Origin: Priapulus caudatus | Lineage: Eukaryota | DNA: 64,000 bases | Reading direction: 5' to 3' | Assembly (NCBI RefSeq): GCF_000485595.1 | Contig: NW_014577075.1 | Coordinates: 225,740 to 289,739, forward strand | Shown here: positions 37,992 through 52,522 of the stretch, in pieces | How positions within the stretch are numbered: position 1 is the first letter of the stretch | Layout: each line of letters begins with the position of its first letter | Position numbers and translations under genes: made by a program | Notes under the pieces: generated by a model | What the model saw: the letters and a program-made list of their open reading frames with translations, nothing else | What the model was told of the DNA's origin: nothing | Databases searched by the model: none

Positions 37992-38519
37992 GGAAACAAC
38001 TGGTAACTACAAATTGAACTACAGTACATATAGGGCAATGTCAGTGTCCTGAGTATGTGTAGCCTAGCCAGGATCTGCGAGTGTTTCACGTAGTGAGAAG
38101 CGATAACGAAGAAGGCAACTTGTGGCTACGGCATGTGCACATTGACATTCTAACCCAATGCACATGTGATGCGCCATGATGTGCATCAATAAACAGTGAA
38201 ACACTGACACGGGCCTTGCGTTTTTTAGAAACATAACATAGTAACATTACATACCACATTAGGGTGTTTTTAGACAAAGAACTGCATAATACTCCCTAAA
38301 TTACTCGACAATTAGATTTACTGCATAAATTGGCGAAGATTTATTATAAGAATTAGAAGTTGGCGGCAATTGACTACAACGGACGTCACGCTCCGGACGC
38401 AACAAGCAACTGACTTGTGTCAGCGTAGCGCGGTCATTCAATCACTTAAAATCTAAAGTGGCTACTACACATTATATACAATATGTAATCATACATAAAT
38501 AAACCTGTGGACTGTTTAC

Positions 38520-38650
38520 CTGCCTTACAGCCGATTAGAAGTTACTCAGAAATTCTACTCGACAAAACATTAGACGAGCCTCGTTTTGATTTTCTACACT
38601 CACGGGCTTACGGTGTTGCCTGCGAGGCGGCGGAAACAAATTTCCGATGC
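38520..38650 (-). other. Putative non-coding first exon / promoter region of the ZMYM gene
   Basis: Donor-like GGCAG|gtaaac at 38520 with CpG-rich upstream sequence. The ATG exon has its own acceptor (ttaacag) near 34940. The transcription start cannot be determined. Confidence 0.35.
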
Positions 38651-39685
38651 ACGAACACAAAATAAATATTTTTATGCTGAAAGGGTCATTACGTGCGGAA
38701 AAATGGTTAAACCTAAACAGGATCAATGCAAGTAACATTTTCTTTAACTCGTCAATCGTATTTTAAGCGAAACGTCTGAGTCGTTCGTTAACTATTTCAC
38801 GGAAATAAGGCTCGGAACCCAGTTTTTGACTCGGCCATGATCGTTTCGCTCGGCGTGTGCACGCCATAGGTGCTGCACGCATGCTCGTATCGGAATCGAT
38901 TTTCACGTGGTCGTGAAAATCTTTCAGCAATATCACCACAGACTAACGGATACATAGTAGTCGTACACACGTATCCGTTAGTCTGTGATATCACTGAGCA
39001 ATACCAATGGCAATTAACTCTAAGATCTACATTTTTTTCACATAAAATACTTCCCTCATGAAAATTGCTATATGTTCTATGCGGCCACCGTAGCATCATT
39101 ATGTGCTCATTCTGTGTTTATGGGCTTTCTTAATGGCAAATACGCCTATACTAAAATAAGTATAACAGCTCGGTACCATTATACCAAGAGTAGATAATCA
39201 CAAAATGTGTTATTATCTACTCTTGATTATACTCAATTAGCGTTTTCCGTCATCAAATGGGAATTAATTATTCATGGCTCGACCCACGATATTCCGATCG
39301 ACCCGAGTATCCGTCAACGTGATCCATATCTCAATCAAATCAATTCTCTAACGAAGTAGAGTAGCTCAACAATTTATTCTCTACTAGCGGGATACCCGGC
39401 GTTGCCCGGGGAAATCAGTGGCGTTACTCAGTTGGTGACCACTTGGTTGAAAGGAAAATACCAAAAAAAATCTAACTATCTATCTATCCATGCATCCATC
39501 CCATCCCATCCCATCCCATCCCAAACAGTAAAAAATGATAAGAAATCAAAAGAGAAGACATAAAAAATAAAAATAATTAATAAATTAAAAAAATAATAAA
39601 TTAAATAAATTAATAAATAAAAGATAAAAAAAAATACATACTAAAGAGGTAGGTAAAAGGGTAAAAGGAAAAAAGGGGCAAATAA

Positions 39686-39760
39686 GTCGCCCAGCTGGGA
39701 CTCGAACCCGGAATCCCAGTGTAGGATACGAATGTTCTAGCAATTACGCCACTGCGCCGT
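39686..39760 (-). pseudogene. tRNA-derived (SINE-head-like) segment with Pol III A/B boxes; diverged second copy at 40501-40575
   Basis: Minus strand: ggcgcagTGGCGTAATTGctagaac...ccgGGTTCGAGTCCCagct; acceptor and anticodon stems do not pair properly. Confidence 0.6.
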
Positions 39761-39971
39761 TAAGGGAATACACCATGGATTCACACGTACGTGATGTTAA
39801 TCTATTTATAAATCGAATTTTTATAAATTTTTAACTTTTTAACTTTTTTAAATTTTTGTTTCAGCCAGAACCACCTCCCAGACGTGCTAATCGCCCTCGG
39901 AAATTTGCATCCAGATCGCTTGGGCGGTTTGGCCGGGCATAGGGGACATACATACATACATACATACATAC

Positions 39972-40438
39972 NNNNNNNNNNNNNNNNNNNNNNNNNNNNN
40001 NNNNNNNNNNNNNNNNNNNNNNNNNNNNNNNNNNNNNNNNNNNNNNNNNNNNNNNNNNNNNNNNNNNNNNNNNNNNNNNNNNNNNNNNNNNNNNNNNNNN
40101 NNNNNNNNNNNNNNNNNNNNNNNNNNNNNNNNNNNNNNNNNNNNNNNNNNNNNNNNNNNNNNNNNNNNNNNNNNNNNNNNNNNNNNNNNNNNNNNNNNNN
40201 NNNNNNNNNNNNNNNNNNNNNNNNNNNNNNNNNNNNNNNNNNNNNNNNNNNNNNNNNNNNNNNNNNNNNNNNNNNNNNNNNNNNNNNNNNNNNNNNNNNN
40301 NNNNNNNNNNNNNNNNNNNNNNNNNNNNNNNNNNNNNNNNNNNNNNNNNNNNNNNNNNNNNNNNNNNNNNNNNNNNNNNNNNNNNNNNNNNNNNNNNNNN
40401 NNNNNNNNNNNNNNNNNNNNNNNNNNNNNNNNNNNNNA
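39972..40438. other. Assembly gap (N run); smaller gaps at 21298-21306 and 47969-47993
   Basis: N characters. Confidence 1.
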
Positions 40439-41769
40439 AATAAATTAAAAATTAAAAATAATACATACTAAAGAGATAGGTAGAAAAAAAAGAAAAAAAA
40501 GTTTCTCCGCTGGGACTCGAACCCGGAATCCCGATGTAAGAGACGGATGTTCTAGCTATTAGGCCACTGCGCTGTTAAGCGAATATACCATGGATTCACA
40601 CGTACATAATGTTAATCTGTACGCACCGCCATCTATTAATGAATAGAATTTTTATCACTTTTTTACTTTTTTACTTTTTTACATTTTTGTTTCAGCCAGA
40701 ACCACCTCCCAGACGTGCTGATTCTGAAAATATCTTTAGGCTGCGGAGTTCTCTGGTTATGCGAGTACGGACTAATTCGGCTGAACAAATTTATATATAT
40801 ATAGATGTGTGGGGCGAATGTATTCATGCACAACGCATTTGTTTTGGCAATTAAAACTTGAATGTCACTTTACTGACGTACGTGGCAAGAACCTTTATAT
40901 TTTCCATGTACAAAATAAAATCCAATAAACTACTGTTAGGTTACCATCCGTGGTCTCATCGGTATATACAGTTCATATAGAAAATTGTCTAGTGATATTC
41001 TGTATTGAAAGTCTATATACAGTAGGTTTACACTATAGGTATAGTTGTGGTAATTAATCTGTTTGCTTGGTTTTTATGATAAAACTCACTTCCGCCAACC
41101 AATAAAGTCAGTCACAACAGAAGTTGTGTAATTTACGACTTTTGACTAGCATGTGACCTAAGCATTTTGATCATTGTATGCGTATAGCGAGTTACAACTA
41201 ATCCACATATGGCCGCTGGGTGTGACACATTGCAAAGCACACCACGCTAAAAAAATGTCAGCGTAAAAAACTCCATATTACCGTAATTACGGTACTCATG
41301 CCCACCTTTTCCATTTCGCCATTTTCATTGGCAAAATAATAGCATATCACCCCTATTTTATCTTATCTCTCAGAACCTCACCACGACGCTTCTTCTTCAC
41401 TCATAAATAATAACATATCTCTCTTAACGTTCTCATCTCTAATTACTAGCGCACCATAGCGCTTCTTATTCTTCAATCATAAATAATAGGACGTCTCTCT
41501 ATTTTGACATTAAAGCTCTCATCTCTTACTGCCTCACTATTGCGCCTCTTCTTCACTTCTTGTCCACCAGGCCCTAATGACTCTAGTCAGTGCTTGGCTA
41601 TATGTATGTTGGGTATATCGTATCCCGCGTGCTCGCTTACATAGACGCTGCAAGGCCGCTCATCACAAGTGCGTAGGCCCCTCTATGTACGTACACTCAC
41701 CCTTTATGTCATGGTGATGGCAGCATAAGATATGTGCCTATAATTATAGAGTTACATTTTGAACGAGCA

Positions 41770-42470
41770 CAAGCGTGTCTGCGTGCGTGGGTGCGCGTAC
41801 GTGTGCGCGTGTGAGCGTGCGTGCGTGCGCGTACGCGTGCGCGTGCGTGCGTGCGTGCGTGAGTATGCGTGCGTGCGTGCGTGCGTGAGCGCATGCGTTG
41901 CGATGTGAATGAGCGCACGCGTGCGCGTGTCCGTCCGCACGTGTGTGCGTACGTGCGTGTGCGTGCATGTGTGCATATACCAGGCCTATGTACGCACGGA
42001 CGCGCTCGTGTATTTGGGACCGTGCGTGTATGTGTGTGCGTGCGTGCGTGTGTTTGTGTGCGTGCGTGTATATTTGCGTGTTTGTATGCGCGTGCGTGTG
42101 TGCGTGCGTGCGCATGTGCTCGTGAGAGTGTGCGTACGTGCGTGCGTGCGTGTGTGTGCGTGGGTATGTGCGTGCATGCGTGCATGCGTGTGCGTATGTG
42201 TTGGTGCGTGGGTGCGTGTACGTGTGCGCGTGTCTGCCCGTGCGTGTGTGCATACGTATGTGTGGTTGTGCGTCCGTATGCATGTATGCATACATACGCA
42301 CGGACGCGCGCGCGTGCGCGTGTGTGCGTGCGTGCGTGTGTGCGTGCGTGTGCGCACGCGTGTGTGTGTGTGATTGTGTTTGCTTGTGTGGGCTTGTGCG
42401 CGCTTGTGTGTGTGCGCGCGTGTGCGTGTGTGCATGTGTTTGTATTTGCTTGTGTGTGCGTGTGTGATGG
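41770..42470. repeat. Degenerate (GT)n/(GCGT)n microsatellite
   Basis: Direct inspection. Confidence 0.9.
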
Positions 42471-43094
42471 CTTACATCATGCAATATCAGGCGTTGTGAT
42501 TCAGTTACGCCGTTGGGTTCTCATCGTGTAGAATCGGGTAACAGCACTTGAAGCTGACGCTTAGCCAGATGAGGACGCATGTAGAAGCGCAGCGACCGTG
42601 CCTGCGTAAACCTAAACCCGCTAACACTGCTGCTGCAACGTTGACTCTTCAGTAACTGACAAAGGAAGCAGAGGTGAGTTGTACGCATTATTACATTATA
42701 GTGAGTAGACTAAATCCCCGTTTGTTAAATTCTTCCACGAGTCGTTCGATTAATGTTAATAGTGAATGTTACATACAATGCCGAAAATCGAGTAGACTAT
42801 TATACATAGCTATTATGCTTGACATAGCGGTATGATGCCAACAATACATTTCGTGTTTTCTAAAGACGCCAATTGGCGTTATTGGTTATGCCAGTAACGA
42901 GTATGTCATCATGCAGTAACCAGTCCATGTTCAGTAATCAGTAATCAGTGTGCCATCGTCTCGAATTGTTTTAGTTTAGTTAGCATATATAGTTATATAG
43001 TTATATAATATAAAGTTGCCTAGTTTTGTACGCAGGAATGATAAGAAAACAATCGTACTTTCGACTACATACGAATACTACTCTTATTTCCGCA

Positions 43095-43126
43095 GATCTA
43101 TCTATAGCTAGCTAGCTATCCGTCTG

Positions 43127-43158
<32 letters not shown>

Positions 43159-43295
43159 CTATTATCTAATCTTATCATATCTATCATCTATCTCACTATC
43201 TACTCTATACTTGCTTATCTATCTATCCTTCTATCTAGTCTGATCTATCTATCTCAATCTATCCTATCTATCTATCATATCTATCTATTCTATCT

Positions 43296-43328
<33 letters not shown>

Positions 43329-43440
43329 GTATCTATCTATTTCATATCTATCTATATCAACTATCTATCTATCTATCTACTCTACTCCTACCTATTGTAT
43401 ATATCTATTTATCTTTATGCTATATTATTCTATATATATG
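43095..43440. repeat. (TATC)n microsatellite, degenerate
   Basis: Direct inspection. Confidence 0.9.
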
Positions 43441-44029
43441 GGTTATATGATATATAAAATTATGTGTGTGTGTTGAGGGGCGGGTATATATATATAAGAT
43501 TAACTTAATTTGCACGTATTTTTAACAAAAAAGAAACGCGATATTTCCCCGCGTTTACCCCCGGCCCCCCGCCGCCGGCCGAGTTTCCTCGTGCTTTTGG
43601 TAAAGCCAATGAATGTGTTTGTTTTTTCCGACAAGACGATGACATATGAATGTCGTGTATGATATATGTTGGTATATGCGCGTGTACAATTTTATTGCTT
43701 CAGCACAGGTTCTTTTTTTGGTTGTTTCAATCTGTTGATTGCGCCAGTGCGGAATGTACGAAGAGCTTGTGGCGAATAGATGCCTGACTGTGTTACGAAG
43801 CTCGAAAGTGTGAGTGATTGTGCAATAAGAAGAATGCCCACTCGCAGTCGTAATGAAGTGACGTTGATTCTGCACGGATCCCTTCCGACGCATGGACGTT
43901 CTATGAAAAGAACTGTTGCGAACAGGGAGCGGAAAATATGTATATATATTATATACTATATATATTCATATATAGCTATACGCTGACGCACGTTTCGGCC
44001 TAGTGGCGTGAATGGTTTAGCCTCATGGG

Positions 44030-44248
44030 CCACGCACGCACGCACTGCACGCACAGCGACGGCACCACACCTTGCGCACCGCGACCGACAGCGAGGAACA
44101 CATCACCACACACACATGATCACACCACACACACACAATCACACACACAACACACACATGGTGGCACACACATGCACACACACATCAGACAGTCACACAA
44201 CACTACCACCACACAAGTGCACACACAGCACTACACAGCACACACACA

Positions 44249-44303
<55 letters not shown>

Positions 44304-44410
44304 CAACACACACACACGCAATGCACGCACGCGACGCACACACACACCACACACACACCGATCACACAACACACACACACACAACACACACACACACACA
44401 CACACACACA
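44030..44410. repeat. (CA)n microsatellite, degenerate
   Basis: Direct inspection. Confidence 0.9.
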
Positions 44411-45048
44411 ATTATACATATATTGCCCATTTGATGTTATCCGTTATGATATTGAATGACTGCGTTTAACGCTAGATGCGTAAATAATCTCGATCGTGCG
44501 TGGGATTCATAAAACAGAATTATTAACAGATTTGCGATATAACGGTAAAGCGATCTGATGGTGACAGCTGAAATTCTCTGCTAACGGCACCGCGGCTTGC
44601 AATTAAAGCAGGGCCACTCGCATGTAAATACGCGCAACATTGAATTGCACGATCAATGGAAATGTAATATTACCTAAAGCCGCATAAAGTTTGATCGCTG
44701 TCGTGAGTAATTTGTCCGGGAATGTCGAGCCGAGGCGGCGACGCTCGGTCGGCCATGTCGCAAACAACTCCCCTCCTGCGTTAGAGCGAAGTTCGCGACA
44801 TGCTTGGCGCGCGACGGCTCTGTTGTCGAGTGAGAGAATGCAAGCGTCGATGCAGATGATGTACACTGTGTAATGCCGAGTGAGTGGTGTATCGGCTATC
44901 GATCCGCCCGTAAGACAAATATGGAAGACAAATTTTGGTTGCATTTGTGTAGCGTAGTCGGCCCACTCGTTCTAGTTTTTTCATAGCTTCATTCTCTTCT
45001 TAGCTTTGGCCTATCTTTAAAAAACATGTTTTCTTTCCCTCCCCTCTC

Positions 45049-45154
<106 letters not shown>

Positions 45155-46207
45155 AAAGTGATTCCTACCCGTGATCATATTAGTGGTTACGCGTGAGTGC
45201 CTTATTTTTCGTCTCTCTCTCTTTCTTTCTTTTGCTGTTTATCTTTCTTTCTCTCTCCTTTTTTGTGAAAAGGAAAAAGAGGGGAAGTGAGACAGAGAGG
45301 CAAAAACAGAGGAAAAGATCCTAGAGAGAGCGCGACATAGGAGATAAAGGGGGCGAGTGAAATAGGGATGGGGAGAAGCGGAGAGATGCTGCGATAGGAG
45401 CCTCGGTTTTTTTTTAGAATAAACCAATTCGTTCGTTCGTTCGATCGCCAGTTTGTCTATTGCCGTCGCTACCACAGGAGATGTGTGGATATGTTCAGGA
45501 AGGTGACGTGAAGCCATCTCCCGATAGTAACGGGACAGGACTAGCTGTATCTGAGCGCACACGGCGGTGATGCCAGTCGCTATTGGCGTGTACGTGCGTT
45601 TCAGTAACGCAAATCTATAGGATTCGTAAGCGACAACCGGAAGAACTGATGGCACGCACTATTACTGGCTGAGCGCATATGCGCACGCACACGCACGCAC
45701 GCTGGTTCCCGCCAGCATATGCGCACGCACACATACACACAATCACGCACACGCGCGTGCACGCACGCCCCCACGCGCGCACACACACGCGCGCGTGCAG
45801 TTAGATAAACACAGACGCGTGTGCACACACACACACGCACGCACTTCAGTGCCAAGTTCAGTCCTAATAGTGATGATATGCCCAGGCCTCCTGAATTTTT
45901 CATACTGTAACATAAGGTAATCTGTGTTTACGCATGCATGCCCACCAACTACGAAAACAATCACTTTTTTTTAAAAAGTATGCTCTCAAAATAGAGAGCG
46001 GATACACGTGAGTAATAGGCTACGAAGACCTTATCTACCACACTTATCTACTTTGATAATTATAAGGCATTTATTTTCTCGAATTTTCTCCATGCTGTGG
46101 CATAGGGCAGACCTGTGCTCGCGCATGCACTATCTGCCAAATGCAGCAATATTTGACATATAGGGTTCAACTTTTTTCTCATGGTATCTCTCCTTCTATC
46201 CCCCCTC

Positions 46208-46262
<55 letters not shown>

Positions 46263-46756
46263 TTATTGCTAAGCGAAATCTAGTTCATTCGAATAAGAGA
46301 CGTTGAGCAAAAAAGCTAATCTTCGTCTTGTTCCGCACTCATACTCACATACATTGTCGCTCGAAGAAATCGGGCTGAGACGAGTAAATATACGAATGCG
46401 ACATTGATGATTGCCGCAGCAGCATTATTTTGCCTAATTTGCTATTTAACATTGCCGCCACTCCCGCTACTCACTGATAAAGAGATGCATGCGCTAAATA
46501 AATGATTCATTTTGCTTGCGAATACCCTTGCTTGAACTGAACCTGGACGTTGAAAATGTGGGCTAGACACTGTGTACGCGCGCAATTAGTACACATTGAA
46601 GTTATGACGATAAGACGCAACAGACAATCGACTAGCAGACAACGTATGAACGACTATAGTGGCTAGATGTGAGATCGTATCGGATGGTCACGCCGAGACA
46701 CTCGCCGAGATAGAGTCAACCGCAATTTCGATCTCTTCGACCTTTCTCTCTCCCTC

Positions 46757-46818
<62 letters not shown>

Positions 46819-46899
46819 GCTATCTATCGTTCTCTCTCTCGTGCTCTGCAGAGAAGGGAGGGCAGGAAGCAACGCGCGCTGTCTATCACGGAGAAAGAA

Positions 46900-47890
46900 T
46901 GCAAGGATAAAAGAGTGGAAAGAGCAGCGGGCCGCGGCGCGTCGGCGACCAGCAGCCCGGGGACCGGTGCAGAAGAGATCGGGGAACGGAAAAAGATGCC
47001 TGACGCGAGGAGAAGCGAAAGGGAAAGAAGGGAGAATGGGAATAGGAAGGAAGCCACGGAAAGAGAACCACGAAGTGAAATAGTATAAGTATATACCTGA
47101 TGATCATTCGTTGAAAGAGAGCGCAGACGTGAGAGACGAAGGAGAAAAAGAGCAGAGCGCTAAGCGAGAGAGAGAGAAGAAGGTGTGAGCGGGCGAAAGG
47201 CGAGGAGAGAGAGAGAGCAGAAAGGAGAAAGACGGGAGAATGGGAAGGACAGCGTCGAAAGAGAAAAAGTAAGAAAATATAACAGCGATCCTGAGGTAGA
47301 GACCGGCAGGAAGCAAGCGGGGAACGAGGCCGTAAAGCAGACCAGGGAGAAAGAAAACAGAAGCGCTAACGACGAGAGAGAGAGCGGTGTGCCGGGCGGG
47401 CGAAAGCGAGAGAAGAGAGGAGAGAGGAGAGAGACGAGAGAGACAGAGCGCGAAGAGGGGAGAGAGAGAGGAGAACGCGCGCGGACCGGGAAAAGAGGAG
47501 AGAGGAGAGAGGGAAAGCGAGAGGATAAGAGAGAGGAGAGAACAGAGAGAGAAGAGAGCAGAGACAGAGGAGGAATGAGAAGATGTTGAAGGATGAATGC
47601 ACAGCACCGAAAAAGACGAAAGAATAGAGATAATATATATATAGTGAAAGAGAGCGCACGTGAGAGAGACAGGGAGAAAAAAAGAGAGCCTAAGCGAGAG
47701 AGAGAGAGAGAGAGCGTGAGCACGAAGGAGCCGAGAAGAGGGGCGAGGAGAGAGAGGAGGAGAGAGGAGAGAGACAAGAGATGGAGAAAAGAGTAGACGG
47801 AGAGGAGAGTAAGCAAAGAGAGGAAGAGCGGAGAGAGCGGAGCGACGAAGCCAGGAGCGGCCGCCGGGCGCGCGGGAGCCGCAGCCGAGC

Positions 47891-47939
<49 letters not shown>

Positions 47940-48298
47940 GACGAAAGAGCAGAGGAGAAAGGAGGGCTNNNNNNNNNNNNNNNNNNNNNNNNNGCACGAA
48001 GAGAAAGAGAAGTAAAATATTTATTTAATATTGTGAAAGAGAGCGCCACGTGGAGAGAACAGGGAGAAAAGAGAGGACCTAGCAGAGAGGAGAGAGAAGC
48101 GTGTCGAGCGGGCGAAAGCGAATGAGAGTAGAGACGGAGAAAAGAGAAAGAGGCGAGTGAAAGGACCGGGCACAGCAACGAGAGAAAAAAGTAAGAAATT
48201 ATAGTATAGTGAAGAGAACGCACGTGGAGAGAGACAGGGAGAAGAAAAAAGAAGCCTAAGCGAGAGAGAGAGAGCGTGTGAGCGGGCGAAAGCGATAA

Positions 48299-48330
<32 letters not shown>

Positions 48331-48950
48331 TGCTCCGCCGCGAGCTGGAGAGGAGGAGGAGAGAAGAGAGCGTGAGGCGCGCGCGGCGAAAGAGAGAGAG
48401 AGAGAAGGATCGAGAGGGAGAGAGAAAGGATCGAGGAGAAAGAGAGAGAGAGGAGAATGAGAAGGAGGGCGCACGAAAAAGAGAAAGAAGTAGAAAGTAT
48501 TACTTAGGTGAAGAGCGACGTTCGAGAGAGACAGACGAGAAGAAAAAGAGAGTCCTAGCGGAGAGAGAGAGAGCGCTCTCGTCGTGACCGGCGGAAAGCG
48601 AGAGGGAGAGAGGAGGAGAGAGAGAGAAAGAGAGAGAGAAAAGAGAAGAGAGAAGAGAGAGAGAGAGAGAGAAGAGAGCGATGAGAAGATGATCGCCGAG
48701 GCTGCGCGACGAGGAGAGAGAGAGAGAAAGAAGAGAGAGAGAGAGGGAGAGGATGATGATGAGAGAGAAACGAGAGAAGAAGGAGAAATTAGGGAAAGGA
48801 GGCGAGACGCGAGGAACAAAGTAAAATAATTATACTTAGTGAAAGAGAAGCCACGTGAGAGAGACAGGGCGAAAATGAGGAAAGCCTCAAAGCGGAGAGA
48901 GAGCGGCATGGCGACGGGGCAGCGAGAAAGAAAAGAGAGAAGAGCCATGG
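46900..48950. repeat. GA-rich compound tandem repeat, noisy, upstream of complexin
   Basis: Recurring block gtaagaaa..tatatagtgaaagagagcgcacgtgagagagacagggagaaaa..cctaagcgagagagag..gcgggcgaaagcga near 47100, 47290, 47640, 48020, 48200, 48500 and 48830; 25-N gap at 47969-47993. Confidence 0.7.
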
Positions 48951-49315
48951 CGCACGTCTCTCTCTCTCTCTCTCTCTCTTCCCGCACTCTCTCTCTCTCT
49001 CTCTCTTCCCGCACTCTCTCTTTCTCTCTTCTCGTTCCTCCCCCACTCTCGCTCGCTCTCTCTCCTTCGCCCTCCCGCTATCTCTCTCTCACTATCTCCA
49101 TCGCTTTCCCCCTGACTCTCTTTACTAAAACGTAATTTGCGTTACGAACTATAGAGTACTAACGAGAAATTTCTCTCGAGTCGAGTGTCTCGTTAGATTA
49201 TCATGGCTAACCATAACTCTGAAGCATTTAGACTATGTACGTTTTTTCTTCCAGGCTGAGCGAGTACTGCGGCATTGGTCAACGTACAGGCGCTTCCAGC
49301 CGGCGGACACGGATC

Positions 49316-52059
49316 ATGGAGTTTATGGCAAAGCAAGTAGTTGGAAGCAAATTAAACGCAGTGAAGGGTAAAAACCTGTTATTATTCTAGATCTACCACA
49401 GCGCGAATCATTGATAATGCGATAAGATGCAGTTAAACCTTCACTATAGGATTCCAGATACCTAAAAAATATATAAGATTCTATATAAGAGAGATGTGAT
49501 GCGGTGAATACGGTAAATATTCGATGCGTAAACTCTAAATGCGATGCTCTTCGTTTTCCCTCCGATATCGCTTCCGATCGCGCTTCCGCCCTGCGCTAGC
49601 TAGGAAATACGTTTCACTCAGATCAGTCTACGCGAAACCACGTCAGCAGAAGAAGCGCATCCTTTTATCCGTGTAAGCGTAAGCACGATAATGATGCCGA
49701 TATCGCAACAACCCAAGCTACGCAGCACGGGTTCACAGAAGCGATTTCACTAATAGGTGTAGGCCATTTCCCTTGATTTTTGCAGTACAGTGATTCCGAC
49801 AAATAACGCCAATATCGATTTCGGGCAATCTCTGTACATTGGCGGCAAATTTACGATGCCGACTCTGTTATTTGACATGCTATTGCCACTGCTATTAATG
49901 GAGATTCGCTTGCGGCTGCCTTAGATAGTTTAGCAATATGCTATATCCTCTCTAACTACACTCGGTTGGTTTTTTTTCCATTTTCACACAAGGCTATCCC
50001 TATAATTATGTACATATAATATAAATCATATATATTTATTTATTTAAGATACATACATACATTGGCGGTAGGTATATACACCAATATAAAACCGATACCC
50101 ATATTGCCATCGCGCGGGTGGTTTAGTCTACGTCATAATAACTCTATTGAAGGAGAAGTTGGGAAACTCGGCGTCTCCGACGATAGTAAAGCGAAGAAGG
50201 AAGGTGAAGAAGTGGTGCTCGACCCACGGCAGCTGGCGGAAGAACGCCGAAAGGAGAAGCACCGCAAGAAGGAGGAAGAGAGAGAGCAGATGCGGCAGGA
50301 AATACGCGATAAAGTGAGTAGTGCACTGTTGGTGCCTATAAATGTACACGGTCATAGATTTATACAACATCCTGCGGAGAAATACCTCGTAACAGCCGTT
50401 GAGTATATGGTTTATCAGATAATGAAGTCTTCAAGGATGATGTAGTCTAAGGTATAACCTTGTTGATGGGATTGTAACGGTTGTGTGGCGTATATGCTTG
50501 CCACTGATGGTTAGGCATCAGAGTTGATGGTAATCCATCTTAGTTGCTTGAATCTAAAATTAATCTATTATTATCAATAATGTTATCTATTATGTATTAT
50601 AAATTTAATAATAGCAGTGTTTTTTTTTCGGTAACTCCCACTGTTGTTATCCGTATCAATGACAGAATACCTAATGCGATTACCACTTACAAATTGCCTA
50701 TTATGTATACCTGCTAATTAACGTGACATTTGTCAGTATGGGATCAGAAAGAAAGTCGAGAAAGAAGCCGAGAAAGAGTTAAACGATATGACGGGCCGCA
50801 TTGGCCGCAAGAAGAAGACAGCGGAGGAGATCAAAAAGGAAGAGGAGCAGGCGTTGGCTAATCAGGAGAAGGAGGAAGAAGAGCATGAGCAAAGTAAGAC
50901 ACATTCGTTACTCTGCTGCTCCTTCGGCTTTGTGTGAGATACATGCGCATGCGCGTTAGAACAGCGTTAGCGTCTATATCGTCCGACAGCACCAATTTAC
51001 ATTCGCATGTCCAGCTTTCTAGAACTATCAAATTTACTTATTTATCGTGGACGAGCCCATCGTCCGTTGACTCGTCCTGCGTGCCTGCAAGGCATCCGTC
51101 TAAAATAAAGGCGTCGAAATAGAGATTTAAAGCTTAGTGTTGAAGGAGTCGGCTTGTAGCAACGTAGCAGATTGTAACAAATAGTAGAACCGTGGCAGAG
51201 TAGAGATTGTAGCTTGTGACAGAGTCCCATCAGGATGGAGCAGGTACAGCGTAGACACTCGCAGATTAGATGTAACTCTGGCTTTAATTATTAGTAAACT
51301 CGAACACATACAAAATATATATACATAATACTACATACAACAGCCTAGGTTTCGTCCATACTGGAACCCGCCTGGCGTCTTTCCTCTCCGGTTCTCTACA
51401 TCACTATCTGTCTCTCTACTTGTAACTATCAAGTATGACTTGTGACTGTCGATCTCTCTTCCACTTCCCATATAATATACTCATTCAAAGACAGGTCGGG
51501 CACTTCCACAATCTGATCTATTGTCCAGCTGCTTATTCTAGTGATAAACACATTAACGTGTCTCTCGATCAACGTATCTTATGTTATTGTAATAATATGG
51601 AAGGAGCCCCACGCCTCCACGCCAGTTAGCATACAATAATAGCTTGGTAGTATACTCTGGTCTGTGACTCTCTGTGCGTTTCCGCAGACATCCGGAAGCT
51701 GTGTTGCATAGTGATTTAAAATGCCGCTTACGTCACTAAAACAGCGATTACATCATGAGTCCAATTTCTATTATAAACTCTTGATAACATCAGAAGTAGA
51801 TAATAGGGAACTATCATCTATTATCTACCCTATATTATCTACTTCTGATAACATGTATTGGAGAAAACTTCCGCGTTCATGCACGCATGCGCCGAATTGT
51901 CTAACAACAAGATAAGACACTAAACCTTTCAGCTCGAAGATACCGGGATGCTAGCTATTTAGTACATGACTGCGCTGCATGCATAATTGTAAGAACTCCC
52001 TTTGAAGAGTGTAAATGCAATAGAGCTTCTATAGATAGTTATTTATAGATCGAGAGAGG

Positions 52060-52094
<35 letters not shown>

Positions 52095-52239
52095 AGAAGA
52101 CGAGGAGAGAGAGAGAGAGAGGGAGAGATAGAGAGAGACAAACGCACGCGCACGCACACATATACGCGCGCGCCCGCTCGCTCGCTGGCACGAGATGGCA
52201 CGGAGACACATACAAGAAAGAGAGAAGAGAGAAGAGTAG

Positions 52240-52270
<31 letters not shown>

Positions 52271-52467
52271 GGAGAGAGAGAGCCGAGAGAGAGAGAGAAG
52301 AGCCAGCAAGAAAGAAAGGAAAAGAGAAAGAGAAGGAGAGAGAGCGCCACTAAACTGCCGATGGGCAATAGGGGACACGTCGCGAGGGCCAGAGACCGAG
52401 CCGAGAGAGGGAGCGAGGGAGAGAGAGAGACGAGAGAGAGAGAGAGAAGAAAGAAGAGAGAGAGAGA

Positions 52468-52522
<55 letters not shown>

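Larger units (their letters stand above)
39384..40805 (-). mobile_element. Helitron-family element(s) spanning an N gap, carrying two tRNA-like segments
   Basis: 3' end cccgggcaacgccggg..CTAG|T at 39384 is related to the other two Helitrons; 5' end A|TCTATATATAT at 40805. Confidence 0.7.

Noticed and set aside
39686..40575. Functional tRNA genes
   Set aside because: A/B boxes are present but the cloverleaf stems do not pair, and both copies are embedded in a Helitron-like repeat.
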